DNA of 64,000 bases from an uncultured Christensenellaceae bacterium (GTDB taxonomy: Bacteria > Bacillota > Clostridia > Christensenellales > Borkfalkiaceae): positions 5,589 to 69,588 of the forward strand of contig CAJUJF010000010.1 in NCBI GenBank assembly GCA_910586825.1. Reading direction: 5' to 3'. Under the pieces are notes generated by a model that was not told the origin of the DNA, ran no database searches, and saw only the letters and a list, made by a program, of their open reading frames with translations. Within the stretch, counting starts at the first letter, position 1, and each line of letters opens with the position of its first letter. Shown in pieces: positions 17,822 through 29,300 of this stretch. The position numbers and the translations under genes were made by a program.

Positions 17822-20371
17822 TTATTTTTTGATAGCGGCGTTTTCAGCGTCGTCGATGACCCGAATCAGCCCGCGGGCGATCAATTCTTCGGTCGTGGAA
17901 TACGGTTCGGCGTAATCAACGGATTCGTGTTCTATCCGCACTAAGCCGTGTTCCGAAAACACCGTTTCGATCAACTGCTTTGCATAATCGAGCCTGCGAT
18001 CGGTCTGCACGCGATAAAGCAGAGGCGTTTTGGTGTTCTTACTCGTAAGCGACAGATCTTCCACCTTGTATTTCGTATTCGCATAACGCGCGGGATCGGC
18101 ATTCAAGCAAAGACACAGCGTTTCCCCGCGGACGACGATCGTAGCAAGACTGACTTTTCCCTTGCGGAAAGATTCGCGCTTCCAATAAACTTTATTGCGC
18201 ACGCCGCGGAAGGAGAAAATGCAATTCTTTAACGCCGAATAACGCTCTTTCAACCCCTTGTCGCCCTGCGCGACGTAAGCCGTAAGACTGACGTTGTACC
18301 GCACGACGTTGCCCGTTTCAGTCACGACGATTTCCGCGGCGTCCTCGTTCTCCTCCTCGTTTTCCGAAAACAACACCGCGAGAGGAATTTCTTCCGCCTC
18401 TACCTGTTCTTCCGACTCTTCCTCCTCCGGAACGGGCGCGGCTTCCGCCACAACGACCTCTTCCGCCGCCTCTTCGGGGAAAATTTCCAAAACGGGAGTA
18501 TCGTCCTCGTCTTCGATCGTCATCTGTGAAAACGGTTCCCCGAACAAAGTCTCTTCTGCGATCGGCTCCGCTTCTTCCGGTTGCGATTCCGATTCGGTGA
18601 CGGTCTCTTCTTGCGTATCTTCGGGAACGGGTTGTTCGACAACGGGCTCTTTGGGCTTTTCCGGTTCGGAAAGCGTTTCTTCCGCGTGCGCGATTCCCCC
18701 GAACGGCGTTCCGCCCTCTCCCATCACTTTGATCAGCTCGCGTTCGATCAACGCTTCCGTCGTCTCGTACGGTAATCGGTAATCCTCCGTTGCCGCTTCC
18801 GCCAAGCGCTCGATCCCCAGCTCCTCCATCATCCGATCGATCAGATCCTTCGCGTAACCCACCCGCCGTTCGTTTCTGATCTGATACAGCAACGGCGTTT
18901 TCGTCTTGGGACTGCGGATCCGCAGATCTTTTACCTTGTACTTCGTCTCCTCGTATTGATTCGGTTCCGTCGCGAGACACAGACACAGCGTCTTTCCGCG
19001 GATCGCAAACGTTGCGACAGTCTGTCTTCCGCAATGGAAACTATCCCGTTTCCAACTGATCCTGCTCTTTACTTTCTTATACGAAAGCAGGTAGTTTTTC
19101 AGTTCCGTGTAACGCGCTTGCAACACGTCGCCGCCCTGAATGAGCCGCGCCGTGAAACTGCGGTTATAGCGCAGAACCCGACCCGTTTCCGTCACGACTA
19201 CTTCGACCTCTTCCGTCTCCTCGTCGGCGAAGTCTGCAAGCGTCGCATCGTCCTCTTCTTCCTCTTCCGCCGTTGTTTCGGCAACGGGTTCCTCGGACTT
19301 TTCCGGTTCGGGAAGCGTTTCTTCCGCGTGCGCGATTCCCCCGAACGGCGTTCCGCCCTCTCCCATCACTTTGATCAGCTCGCGTTCGATCAACGCTTCC
19401 GTCGTCTCGTACGGTAATCGGTAATCCTCCGTTGCCGCTTCCGCCAAGCGCTCGATCCCCAGCTCCTCCATCATCCGATCGATCAGATCCTTCGCGTAAC
19501 CCACCCGCCGTTCGTTTCTGATCTGATACAGCAACGGCGTTTTCGTCTTGGGACTGCGGATCCGCAGATCTTTTACCTTGTACTTCGTCTCCTCGTATTG
19601 ATTCGGTTCCGTCGCGAGACACAGACACAGCGTCTTTCCGCGGATCGCAAACGTTGCGACAGTCTGTCTTCCGCAATGGAAACTATCCCGTTTCCAACTG
19701 ATCCTGCTCTTTACTTTCTTATACGAAAGCAGGTAGTTTTTCAGTTCCGTGTAACGCGCTTGCAACACGTCGCCGCCCTGAATGAGCCGCGCCGTGAAAC
19801 TGCGGTTATAGCGCAGAACCCGACCCGTTTCCGTCACGACTACTTCGACCTCTTCCGTCTCCTCGTCGGCGAAGTCTGCAAGCGTCGCATCGTCCTCTTC
19901 TTCCTCTTCCGCCGCCGTTTCGATAGCAGCTTCTTCGGGCTTTTCCGGTTCGGAAGCCGAATCGACGACCGGCACCGCCTGAATGGGCGGAACCGCGACT
20001 GCGATCGCTTCCGGCGCGGAAATCTTGGTAACGACTTCGTACTTTTCCGCCGCCGAAGAGATGATATTCCGAAGATCGGAAATCGTCTTTTCTTCCGAAG
20101 CGGCGTACTTTTCGGAATCCTGTACGGCGTTAATGACGCCCTCGACGTTGTCCTTATCGACGCTCGCACCGACGTTCATGTTTCTGAGCTGTTGCATCAG
20201 AATTTCGCGTTCCTGTTGCAACAGCTTGTCGTACAGTTTCCGTTCGCCGCGCTTATTGAAGAAATAGGCGACGACGACGTTCGTCACGATCAGCGCCGCG
20301 ACGACGATCGCCGCGACGATACAGATGATCGTTTGCGTAGGGGTAAATACGGAAGCAAGGATACCGTTCAT
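17822..20371 (-). CDS. 849-aa membrane-tethered protein with three copies of an uncharacterised ~150-aa basic domain separated by acidic linkers
   Basis: N-terminal TM helix (IICIVAAIVVAALIVTNVVVAYFF) followed by KRGERK, which predicts a cytoplasmic body. A coiled-coil segment (LLQQEREILMQQL) comes next. The repeated domain reads RYNRSFTARLIQ...ISWKRDSFHCGRQTVATFAIRGKTLCLCL...KYKVKDL...TPLLYQIRNERRVGYAKDLI. The start ATG overlaps the giant gene's stop (TAATG), and the giant gene's last codons form GGAGGTG. Confidence 0.85.
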   Translation of the reverse strand: MNGILASVFTPTQTIICIVAAIVVAALIVTNVVVAYFFNKRGERKLYDKLLQQEREILMQQLRNMNVGASVDKDNVEGVINAVQDSEKYAASEEKTISDLRNIISSAAEKYEVVTKISAPEAIAVAVPPIQAVPVVDSASEPEKPEEAAIETAAEEEEEDDATLADFADEETEEVEVVVTETGRVLRYNRSFTARLIQGGDVLQARYTELKNYLLSYKKVKSRISWKRDSFHCGRQTVATFAIRGKTLCLCLATEPNQYEETKYKVKDLRIRSPKTKTPLLYQIRNERRVGYAKDLIDRMMEELGIERLAEAATEDYRLPYETTEALIERELIKVMGEGGTPFGGIAHAEETLPEPEKSEEPVAETTAEEEEEDDATLADFADEETEEVEVVVTETGRVLRYNRSFTARLIQGGDVLQARYTELKNYLLSYKKVKSRISWKRDSFHCGRQTVATFAIRGKTLCLCLATEPNQYEETKYKVKDLRIRSPKTKTPLLYQIRNERRVGYAKDLIDRMMEELGIERLAEAATEDYRLPYETTEALIERELIKVMGEGGTPFGGIAHAEETLSEPEKPKEPVVEQPVPEDTQEETVTESESQPEEAEPIAEETLFGEPFSQMTIEDEDDTPVLEIFPEEAAEEVVVAEAAPVPEEEESEEQVEAEEIPLAVLFSENEEENEDAAEIVVTETGNVVRYNVSLTAYVAQGDKGLKERYSALKNCIFSFRGVRNKVYWKRESFRKGKVSLATIVVRGETLCLCLNADPARYANTKYKVEDLSLTSKNTKTPLLYRVQTDRRLDYAKQLIETVFSEHGLVRIEHESVDYAEPYSTTEELIARGLIRVIDDAENAAIKK
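18656..19914. repeat. Near-perfect in-frame tandem duplication, period 642 bp (214 codons)
   Basis: 18656-19272 matches 19298-19914 at an offset of exactly 642 bp. The only mismatch I found is 18670 a versus 19312 g. The encoded protein segments are identical. Confidence 0.9.
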
Positions 20372-23300
20372 TACTCTTCACCTCCCGATTTCTTTGCGCT
20401 CTTTTTCCGCGCCGTTTTCTTCGGCTGTTCCGAAGCGGGTTCCGCTTCGCTTTGAACATCTTCCGCAGACGGTTCCGCCCCTTCGCCCGACTGTTCCGCG
20501 GACGATTCGTTCGGTTCTACGGCTTGATCCGCGGACGGCTGCGCAACGGGCGCTTCCGCTTCCTTTGCGTTCGTTTCCGCGCGCGCCTGAATCGTTTCGT
20601 GGAATTCTTTCGCCGCCGCGGCTTCCGCCGCCGCTTCGACGCGTTTTCTGCGTCTGTGGACGAGATACTGAATTCCGATCGCGATCGCGGAGATCCCCGC
20701 AACGACTCCGAGCGAACTCATGACGATCACGAAGATCGTATCCCAGCCGACAACGCTCCAATCGAACTCGATGGCATCCGTCGTGGAATCCGCCCATTCG
20801 AAGTTAAACGGATCTTTCAGCGTGACGGTGACTTTGAACGTTCCACCGTAACTGATTTCGTTGCCCGCGATCTCCATCGTCGTTTCGTCGAACCCGACGG
20901 GCATATAGCGCAGCATGCCGCCGTTTACGATGAACGTGGAAGTGTTCGCCGTAGGCTTTTCGATCTTCTTGCGCGCGACGTTCCAGACGAGTACCGCGTC
21001 CCCCGATTCGTCAAGTGCAACGCCCTCGTCCCAACGGTAGTTCGACGCGTCGCTGATCCTGAACTTCACGGTATACGCGCCCGCGTTCAACGCGCGAAGC
21101 ACAACGCCTTCCGCCGTCGCGGCATACCCTTCCGTGTAATCGTATACGATCTGCGTACGCGTGTTATCGTATCCACGCACCACCGTCTGCAACAGCGCGC
21201 CCGTGTAAGTGTCGTTCTTGCTTTCGCCTTCCGCAACGACGGTCAGCGAAGGCGCAGACAGCCTTGCCTTTTCGATGACGAATTCCGCCGCGCCGCTCGT
21301 CGCGCCGTTGTAGTTCTCCGTCGGACGGACCTCGACGCGCACGAACCAAATGCCCGCCGCCGAGGGTACGGTCGTCGTCCAGTCGTCGGCATTTGCCTCG
21401 CCCGTTTTACTATAATAATACGTGTAACTGTCCTGATTCGTGAGCTGGGTCTGCGTAGACGGCGCGTTCGGCGCGTTTCCGTACGTCCAGCCCTCGATGG
21501 AGACGTCCTTTCCGTCCGCGGTCGGCACAAAGCTGATTTCACCCTTTTCGATCGTGAACGAAACCACCCGCGTCGGACCGTCTACCGTCGCCCATCTGTA
21601 ATTGTTGAAGTCTTTGAGGGTAAGCGTGACGTCCCAGACTCCGACGTTCACATAGGTAACGGGCGTGACTTCGTAGAGCGCTTCGTAATCGTTTGCGTTG
21701 AGCTCCGGACGAAGTTCGCCGCCGGTATACGTTGCGTTCTTGACCGTGATTCCGGAATTCGCGGCATCGATCACCTTTTTGGAAATCACGTATTCCACGC
21801 CGTTGCTCGCGGTGAGCGTATAATTGCCGGAAACGCTTCCGATCGGCTTCGCAACATAGTTGCCTGCGCGCGTAGGCGCCGCGTCGGTTGCCAGAAGTTC
21901 GGTAAAGCTCCATTCGCCGTCGTTCGAAGTCCCGAAGTAAACGAAGCGGAAGCTGGGAACGATGATGTTTTCGATCTCGGCAAGATTCTTGCCTGCGTGC
22001 GCGCCGTTCGCCGCAACCATGCTCTGCGCGTTGTATGCGGGCGCGATCGCGGCGCCGCCGTATTCTCCGCCGCCGCCCGTGAACTCAACGTTGATTTGCA
22101 ACGGGCTCACGATGTACGCGCCGATTACGGGGAAGGTAACTTCGTAGTTTCCGTTCGAATAGTCCGCCGCGATGCGCATCATGTAGTTGCCCGCGCCGTA
22201 ACTTCCGTTGCTCGCAGGCGCGTCGTACAGCGCGAGCGATTCGTAGATCCGAAGATCCGCGATCTCGTCTCCCGCGACGATGCCGCCCTCGGGATATACC
22301 GTGATCTGTGCGGAAGCGAGGGAGAACGGATCTCCGTATACCGCGTTCACGCTGCCGATCAACACGCTGATCTGCTTCTTGGTTACCGTAAATTCGCCCG
22401 TTGCAACGACGACGTCGTAGTTGTCCGCCGTAATCCCCGTCACGACGTCGTATTCCGTGCCGTAAAAGGTATGTTTGGTGCTTGCAAGGGTGAGCGCGTA
22501 ACTGCCCGCGTTGAGCTTTTCGGGCGTTTCGACGAGCCGATACGTCACGCCGCCGTCGGCATAGCGGAGAACGCTCTCCGTTTCGCCCGCGACAAAGCCC
22601 GCGAATCCGAGCGCGTACTGTTGCGACCCGCCGACGGGATCGAACGCCGTTCCGTACACCGCGGTCGCCGAGGGCGTCACGGTGATCCGCGCGCGGCGGA
22701 TTTCGAAGTCGAATTCTTCGCCGACGGCGCGCGTTCCCTCCGTCCCCGCATAATAGTTGTTCGTCGCAGGGCTTACCGCGCGCACTTTGTAATTGCCCGC
22801 CGCAACGGGTTTCCGCGTTGACCAGACGCCGTCCGCGAAATACTCGATTACGATTTCGCCGCCGTAAGTCGCTTCCGCCTCGGGCGCCGCGTAATCCTGC
22901 CCGTAAACCAGCGCTTCCAACACCGAAGCGTCGAACCGCGTAACGGCGTGGTCGCTTGCCGCCGCGACCGACCAGACAAAAGTCGCAACGTTGTTCGCGA
23001 GATCGTAGCGCACGCTGTCGATCCCCTCCGTTTCGTCCAGATCGACGAGCATGTAGTTTCTGGTATCGTTCAGACGGAAGGTCACGGTGTAATCCCCGCG
23101 ATCGGTCTGATAGACGATCAAGCCGTTGTTTCTTCCGTCGCCGTCCGTCGTCGTCTGCGAAACGCCGTCGTACACCACGTCGAACAGCGTGAAATTGTAG
23201 GTGAATCTCGTGCTCAGCCGTTCTCCCGTAAACGTCGGATCGGAAGATTCGACTTTCGGGCGCGACACCGTCGCCTGCGTGACGACGAAGAGCAGATACG

Positions 23301-26300
23301 CATTCGCGCTCGAAATCTCTTCCGTACCGGGATAGTATGCACGAAGCATGTAAGTTCCCGCATTGCGGGGTACGAACGCGGAGAACGTTCCCGCGCCGAA
23401 CGCGGCGACGGGGTCGCTTTCCGTAAGAAGATTTCCGTAATTTGCGAACCCGTCGGGGATCTTGCTCGGATCGACCGACGCGTACGCGAACTGCACGGAC
23501 GAAGACGTGCCGTCCCCTACGTTCTGTAGGCGATATTCCGGCGCGGGGTGAACAACTTCCTTCGGCGTATACTGCCAGCCGGAATAGGTGAGCACGAGGA
23601 ATTTCGCCGCCGTTGCGGAGAAGCGCACGCTCGGCATCGTGACCTGATCGGTCCCGAACGTGTAGTTGTTCCTGGCGCCGTCCTGCAATCTCACGACGAG
23701 ATAATACTCACCCGTACCGTAGACGCGGATCGTAAGACCGTTGTCCGATTCGTGATAAGTGCCGTCGGCCAGCGCGGCGATATCGGCGACCGAAACGAGG
23801 TCGTATGCCCTATCTTTGTCCGGACGGTACTGGATGACGACGGGTTCCATGATCGCCGCAATGTACGAAGGCAGTTCCAGAACCTTTTTGCCGCGATCCT
23901 TTTCTTCGTCCCAGGCGTAATAGGATCTTCCGTCTTCGGTGGTACCGTAGTTCGTCCAGTTCAGACTGAGTTCGCGCTGCAATACCGCGTAGTTCAGCGT
24001 TTCCGAAGTCTTGGGCGTACTGCCCGTTTTATCGGATACGGACACGACTTTATAGTCGTAGTTTCCGCTCTCCGAATTAAGCGTCACGGTCACGGTATAT
24101 TTGCCGACGCGCGTAGGACCCTGATTCGGGATCGCGTCGCCCGTTCCTTCGCGGTACGCATAGCTGTAAGAAGCGATCTTCGGCGCGATCGCCGTCGCAT
24201 TGGCGACGACTTCGTACCCGTCGGTCTTGATATCCGTTCCTTTGACCGCGCTTCCGCCTTCGTAATACACGCCCGCATTGTTGATGCCGTAAAGCTCGTT
24301 GCCGCCGAAATCTTTGAACACGATTTGCGCGGCGTGATTTCTGCCGGAGGCGCCGCCCTTGTAGTTGAAACGGTCGAACACTCCCGACTCCGAGACGATC
24401 GACTCGGCATAGTTTCTGTCTTCCGTTTCCGCAGTGACGAGACGGGACACAACCGTCATTTCCGCGGGCATGAAAGTCGTTTCGTTGCTCCAAGTGCCGT
24501 CCGCGTTCATGACGTTAATCGCATAGTTGGAGAACGTGACGCCGTAAGGAATCACTTTGTATACGGAACCCGCGTGACTGTTCCACGCCGCATAATTCTC
24601 CTCGCCCTTTCCGGAAACCAGCTCGGTACGGAATTGCAAACTCCCCTGCATCTGATTGCGGTTGCCGAGGAATTCGTACTCGTTCCCCTCGTCGTGCTGC
24701 CAGCCGTAATAACGAACGGTAAAATAGCTGTCGCGCCTATCGTCCAACTTCACGGTGTTTCCGTAAGTGATATTGAATTCGCGGAATTTGCCGAGCGAAG
24801 CCGCGTCCTCCCGATCGACGGAAACGGTCTTGTTGTCGCCGTTCATGCCGACCGAACCGGCATAGACGTAAAGCTGCGCTTTTTCAATGCGGAACGAAGG
24901 CATGTTCGTATTCGAATCCCCGTGTTCGCCCGCAAAGATCGTATCGCCCGCCGCGTTCTTGAACGTCGCGCGATAATTGGATTCGCCGACGTGCAGCGTC
25001 ATCACGTAGTCGCCCGCGTTGATCGCGGAAGTGCCGCCGAAATCCAAGGTCAGTTCGAAGAGATCCGCGTAATTTTTGGAAGCGTCCCCCGCCGCCGCGC
25101 CATACCATTTGCGCGAAGAATTCGGATCCTGCGGCGCAAAGAATTTGTCGGCATACGCGCGGTAATCCACCGTCTGCGCAAGACCCGTGTAGATCTTTCT
25201 CGCCCAGGCGTAAGTCGAAGTATCGTCTTTGTCGTAACCGTTTACGATCACCGTGATTTCGCGGCGGTTTACCGTGAGCCGACCGTTGGCGTCGCCGGAT
25301 GCGGCATTGTAAGTGACGTCGTAATTGTACGCCCAAAGCCCGCCCGGCAGAACGTACAGCCCCGACGCGCCCGCCTGCGATTTTGCGGGATCGTATTGGG
25401 GTGCCGTAAAGACAGGCGCGTTCGTGAACGAACCTGCAAACGCCGCGTTTTCCGCCGCGATTTTATCGAGCGTCTTTTGCGTGAGCGAGAAGCCCTGGAA
25501 GAGCGCCGCCGCTTGCGCGTCCGCCTGCTGAGAGGCGTTCCCGATCGGCGTGCCGTACTGCACCCATGCGTCTTTCGCGGTCACGTTGAACGTGTCGGGA
25601 AGGATCGTGAATGTGAAGGAAATCGCGCCGTCTTTCAGATCCGCGCCCATTTCGAACACGTAGTTTTCCATGTCCGCGCCGAGCGACAGCGTTACCGTAT
25701 AAGTACCCGCGTTCTTTGCCGAAAGCGTGAATACGTATCCCGCATAAGTACCGCCGTACGTGGATTCGAGGCTCAGACTTCCGAACGCCGCCGATTCGGA
25801 AGCATTCAGTGCGCGGCGCTGCGCGGAAACGGCTTGCGCGAGATTCACCGCCTCGCTGCCGACGTAGTTCCCGAACGTATAGGTGAGCGTATAATCGTTG
25901 TCCGCTCCCGCGCCCTTGTACTTAAAGGAATTGTCGTTATAAGCCGCCGCGCGGACGCGATCGGCGCCGTCGATTTGGACGGAAGCCCGCAACGGCCGTT
26001 TTGCAATGTTGATCGTAGGATTGCTCGCGCCGCCCGGATTCCAAGTGAAATCGGGATTGTCTACCACGAAACGGTATTCGTATCTGCCCACGTTGACGGG
26101 ATCGGCAGTCCAATCCTCCGCGCCCGAACCAGCAATACGGTACTGCGCGTTGATCACAACGCTGTACTTCTCGTCCGCGGGCTGCGCGGTATAGCCTTTG
26201 GATCTTCCGTCGTAATACATCGCATCGGTGTCGCCGTCCGCATAAGCCTGATAGGTGCCGTCCGCCTTGCGGTAACTCAGATCGGAAGACGACATTCTCA

Positions 26301-29300
26301 GGTCGGCTTTTTCGATCGTATAAGTCCCCGCGGGATAGACGCCGCCTTCCGGCGCGCCGATGACGGTTGCCGTCGCGGCGAGTTCGCTATGATACCCCGA
26401 CACGAAAATATCGGAGAAATTCCAAGCCGCATCGCCTTTATGGAAATAATCTTTCACGGCGGCTTCCGTATCCGGATCGCCCGTATAAACAGTCTCGACG
26501 GTGATCGCGTAATTCTTTTTCGCCGCCTCGTCTTGATAGAGCGCGAAGATCGGATAGTTGCCGACGTTCTGCGTGCGGATTTCGTTTGCAGACGCGTTGA
26601 GAATCGCGTTGGTGCGCAGTTCCACGACCGCCCGCGCGGCGTTGTCGTACACCCCGTTATAGGGCGCGGCGACGCCGTAGAAAGGCGTACCGGTAAGCGC
26701 GCCGTATTCGAGTTCCGAACCGAGCGCGGCGGTAAACGTAAGTTTCTGTTTCCCGCCCGGCTGACCGTCCGCAATGCTCGTTCCCGACGCCGCGTTGTAG
26801 TCGTAACGGCTCGTCTGACTTTCGATCCGAATGACGATCGGACGAGGCAACACGTGAAGCGTGCCCGTCACGTTCTCCTGTACCGAAGACTCCGCCGTGT
26901 AAGAAGCGTTCAGATGCACGGTATAATTGCCGTACTTGTCATTCGGCTCACCCGCGACCGCGCTGACCGTATAGTCCGCAACGGGACTGCCAGCGTCCGT
27001 ATAGCCCGCCGCCGAAAGCGAATAGGCAAGCACTTCGTTAAACCCGTCCGGCGTGCCGTCTCCGTCGCCGTCCGCAAGTCCGTATACCTTGACCGAAGCG
27101 ATCAGATCGGGCTTTTCGCCGTAATATGCGTACGAATCCCCCGTCCAGAGATACAGATCTCTCTTTCCGATGCTGAAATAACGGCTCGCTTCCGGAGTCT
27201 CGCCGTAATCGGCGGTGCCTTCCAAGATATAAGAAACTTTATAAACGCCCGCGTTGAACGAACCGCCCGAAAGCAGCGCTTTAAACAGCGCGTCGATGTC
27301 CGACGAAGATTCTCCGAGCTGTTCCCATGCGGAACCGTTGTAATAGAACACCGTGTAGACGATCGCGTCCGCGCGGTCGCCGCCGAGCAGCGTCGCGGGC
27401 TTCGTGATCCGATGATCGCCCTCCGCGTCATAACCGTCAGCAACGCCGTTCACACCGTTTACGCCGTAAATCCAAGCGTACAGATCGCGAACCGTTTCGA
27501 GGCTTTCGCCCGTCTTTTCGTTATGGAAATCGAATCCGCTCGTGAACGCGTTCTGCGCCTGCGTGATTCCGATCACGCCCGCAGGCGCGCCGATCGTCTG
27601 TCCTTCCGTCAGCGTACCGTCCGTAACCGTTCCGGAATATTCCGCGCCGTCGACCGCGAACGTAAAGTCGTAATTGCCCGAAAGCACGACTGCATACAGC
27701 GGATAAACGCCGACCCCCTGCGTGGCGGCGATCGTATCGCCCGTCAGCGTAAACGCCGTCGTCCGAAGCATCGCGATATCCGTCTGCGCGTCGGGAAGCG
27801 CCGATACCTTTCCGTCCGCCGCGGAACCGATTTCGAACGCGACGTGAGAAGCGTTCTGCAATATCGAAACGTCTTTGCCCACATAGTCGGGACTCATGTA
27901 ATTCACGTCCGAATTGCTCTTGATCGTAACCGTTACGGGCAGTTTGCGGATATGAAGCGCGCCTTCCTGATAAGTGAACGTATAATTCAGCGAATCGAGC
28001 GTAAAGCCGTCCGATGAAACCGCGGTCGTATACCCTTTTCCGACGGGATTCCGATTCCCCGCCGCCATCGAAGTCGTGAAGCCGAACGAACCGCTCAACC
28101 CGTTGATCGTACCGTATGCAAGCCATTTCGCTTCGTCGTTCCCGACAAAGCCCGTGACCGAATATATTCCGGCGGGAAGCGGCTCGCCGTCCGAAATCGT
28201 GACCGTTGTCGCGGGATTCTTTTCTCCGTAATACAGCGCGTGATCGCCCGTAAAGTTTACGGTGAGCGTAAGCTGTGCCTTGGTGATTTCGACGCGCACG
28301 CGGATCGGCGCGCTGTCGGCGTGGTTGGGCGCCGTCGCCTTGACCCAATAATAGGTTTCGCTCATAGCGTCGGCAACTTTGGCAGGGAAGTTTCCCCACG
28401 CGGACGAAGCCGCGGGCGGCGTATCGGACGATCCTTTCGCATACTTCCACACGACGGGATTTTCCGCCGCGTTCCAAGCCGTCGCGGCGACTGTGATCAT
28501 GCCGCCGCCGTCGTCTTCGGAAAGCCAAGGATAGCCCTCCGACCCTCTGTACGGTTTCGTCTGACCGTCCGCGTTTACGTCCCCGAGCGCGGCGGGCGTG
28601 ACCGTATACACCCCGAGTTCGGCGAAGTCTCCGTCCGATACCGCGGCGGACGATACGGTGATTTCGTAGTTGGCGTTCGCCGTTTTCGTCAGACGCACGG
28701 AATATCCGCCCTCTTTCACCGCAAGCCAGGTGCTATCCGTGACGTTTTCCGCGTCCGAGAACAGCGAGAGCGTGAAAATCTTATTCGGTGTATCTTGAGG
28801 AACCCGCCAATCCGCGTCGCTGCCCGCGCCCTTGTTGGTCCAGACGACCGAATACGCGTTCGAAAGGTCCGCCTTTTCCTCGCGGTATTCGTGCGATTTT
28901 TGCGATTCGTCGCCCGTGATCGAAACGGTGATCTTGCGCGGAACGACTTCGAAGTTTCCGAAATGATCTTCGGTAACCGTGAGTTCGTAATTGGTTTTCC
29001 CGAAATCGGTAAGGACGGGAACGAGTTCGTAATCGCCTACGTTGACGGTCCCGCCGTACACGACGCCCGATTTTCTGACCTCGTACGTCACGATCTTCTG
29101 CGCGGTGTCGTTGCCCGTCTCGCCGTCTGTAAGATCGCCCGCGATCAACTGCAAGCTGCCCGCGACGTAATTCCAACGCGCGGCGGAAGTGTCGATCGCG
29201 TTTCCGTACACGTGACCCGCGACGCCCGTCGTAACGGCGACCCCGATCGCGCGTTTTTCGATTTCGAGCGTTGCGCCGACGCTTGCCGAACCCGTCAGCG

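Noticed and set aside
18656-19914. Whether the 642-bp repeats, or any other repeats in the window, form a CRISPR array.
   Set aside because: The repeat unit is 642 bp, sits in frame inside a CDS and has no spacer structure. No short (25-40 bp) regularly spaced repeats were seen anywhere in the window.
20374-20800. A sortase (LPXTG) or other cell-wall sorting signal at the C-terminus of the giant protein.
   Set aside because: No LPXTG-like motif precedes the C-terminal hydrophobic segment. That segment is followed by a ~95-aa tail rather than a short basic stub, so I interpret it as a membrane anchor instead.
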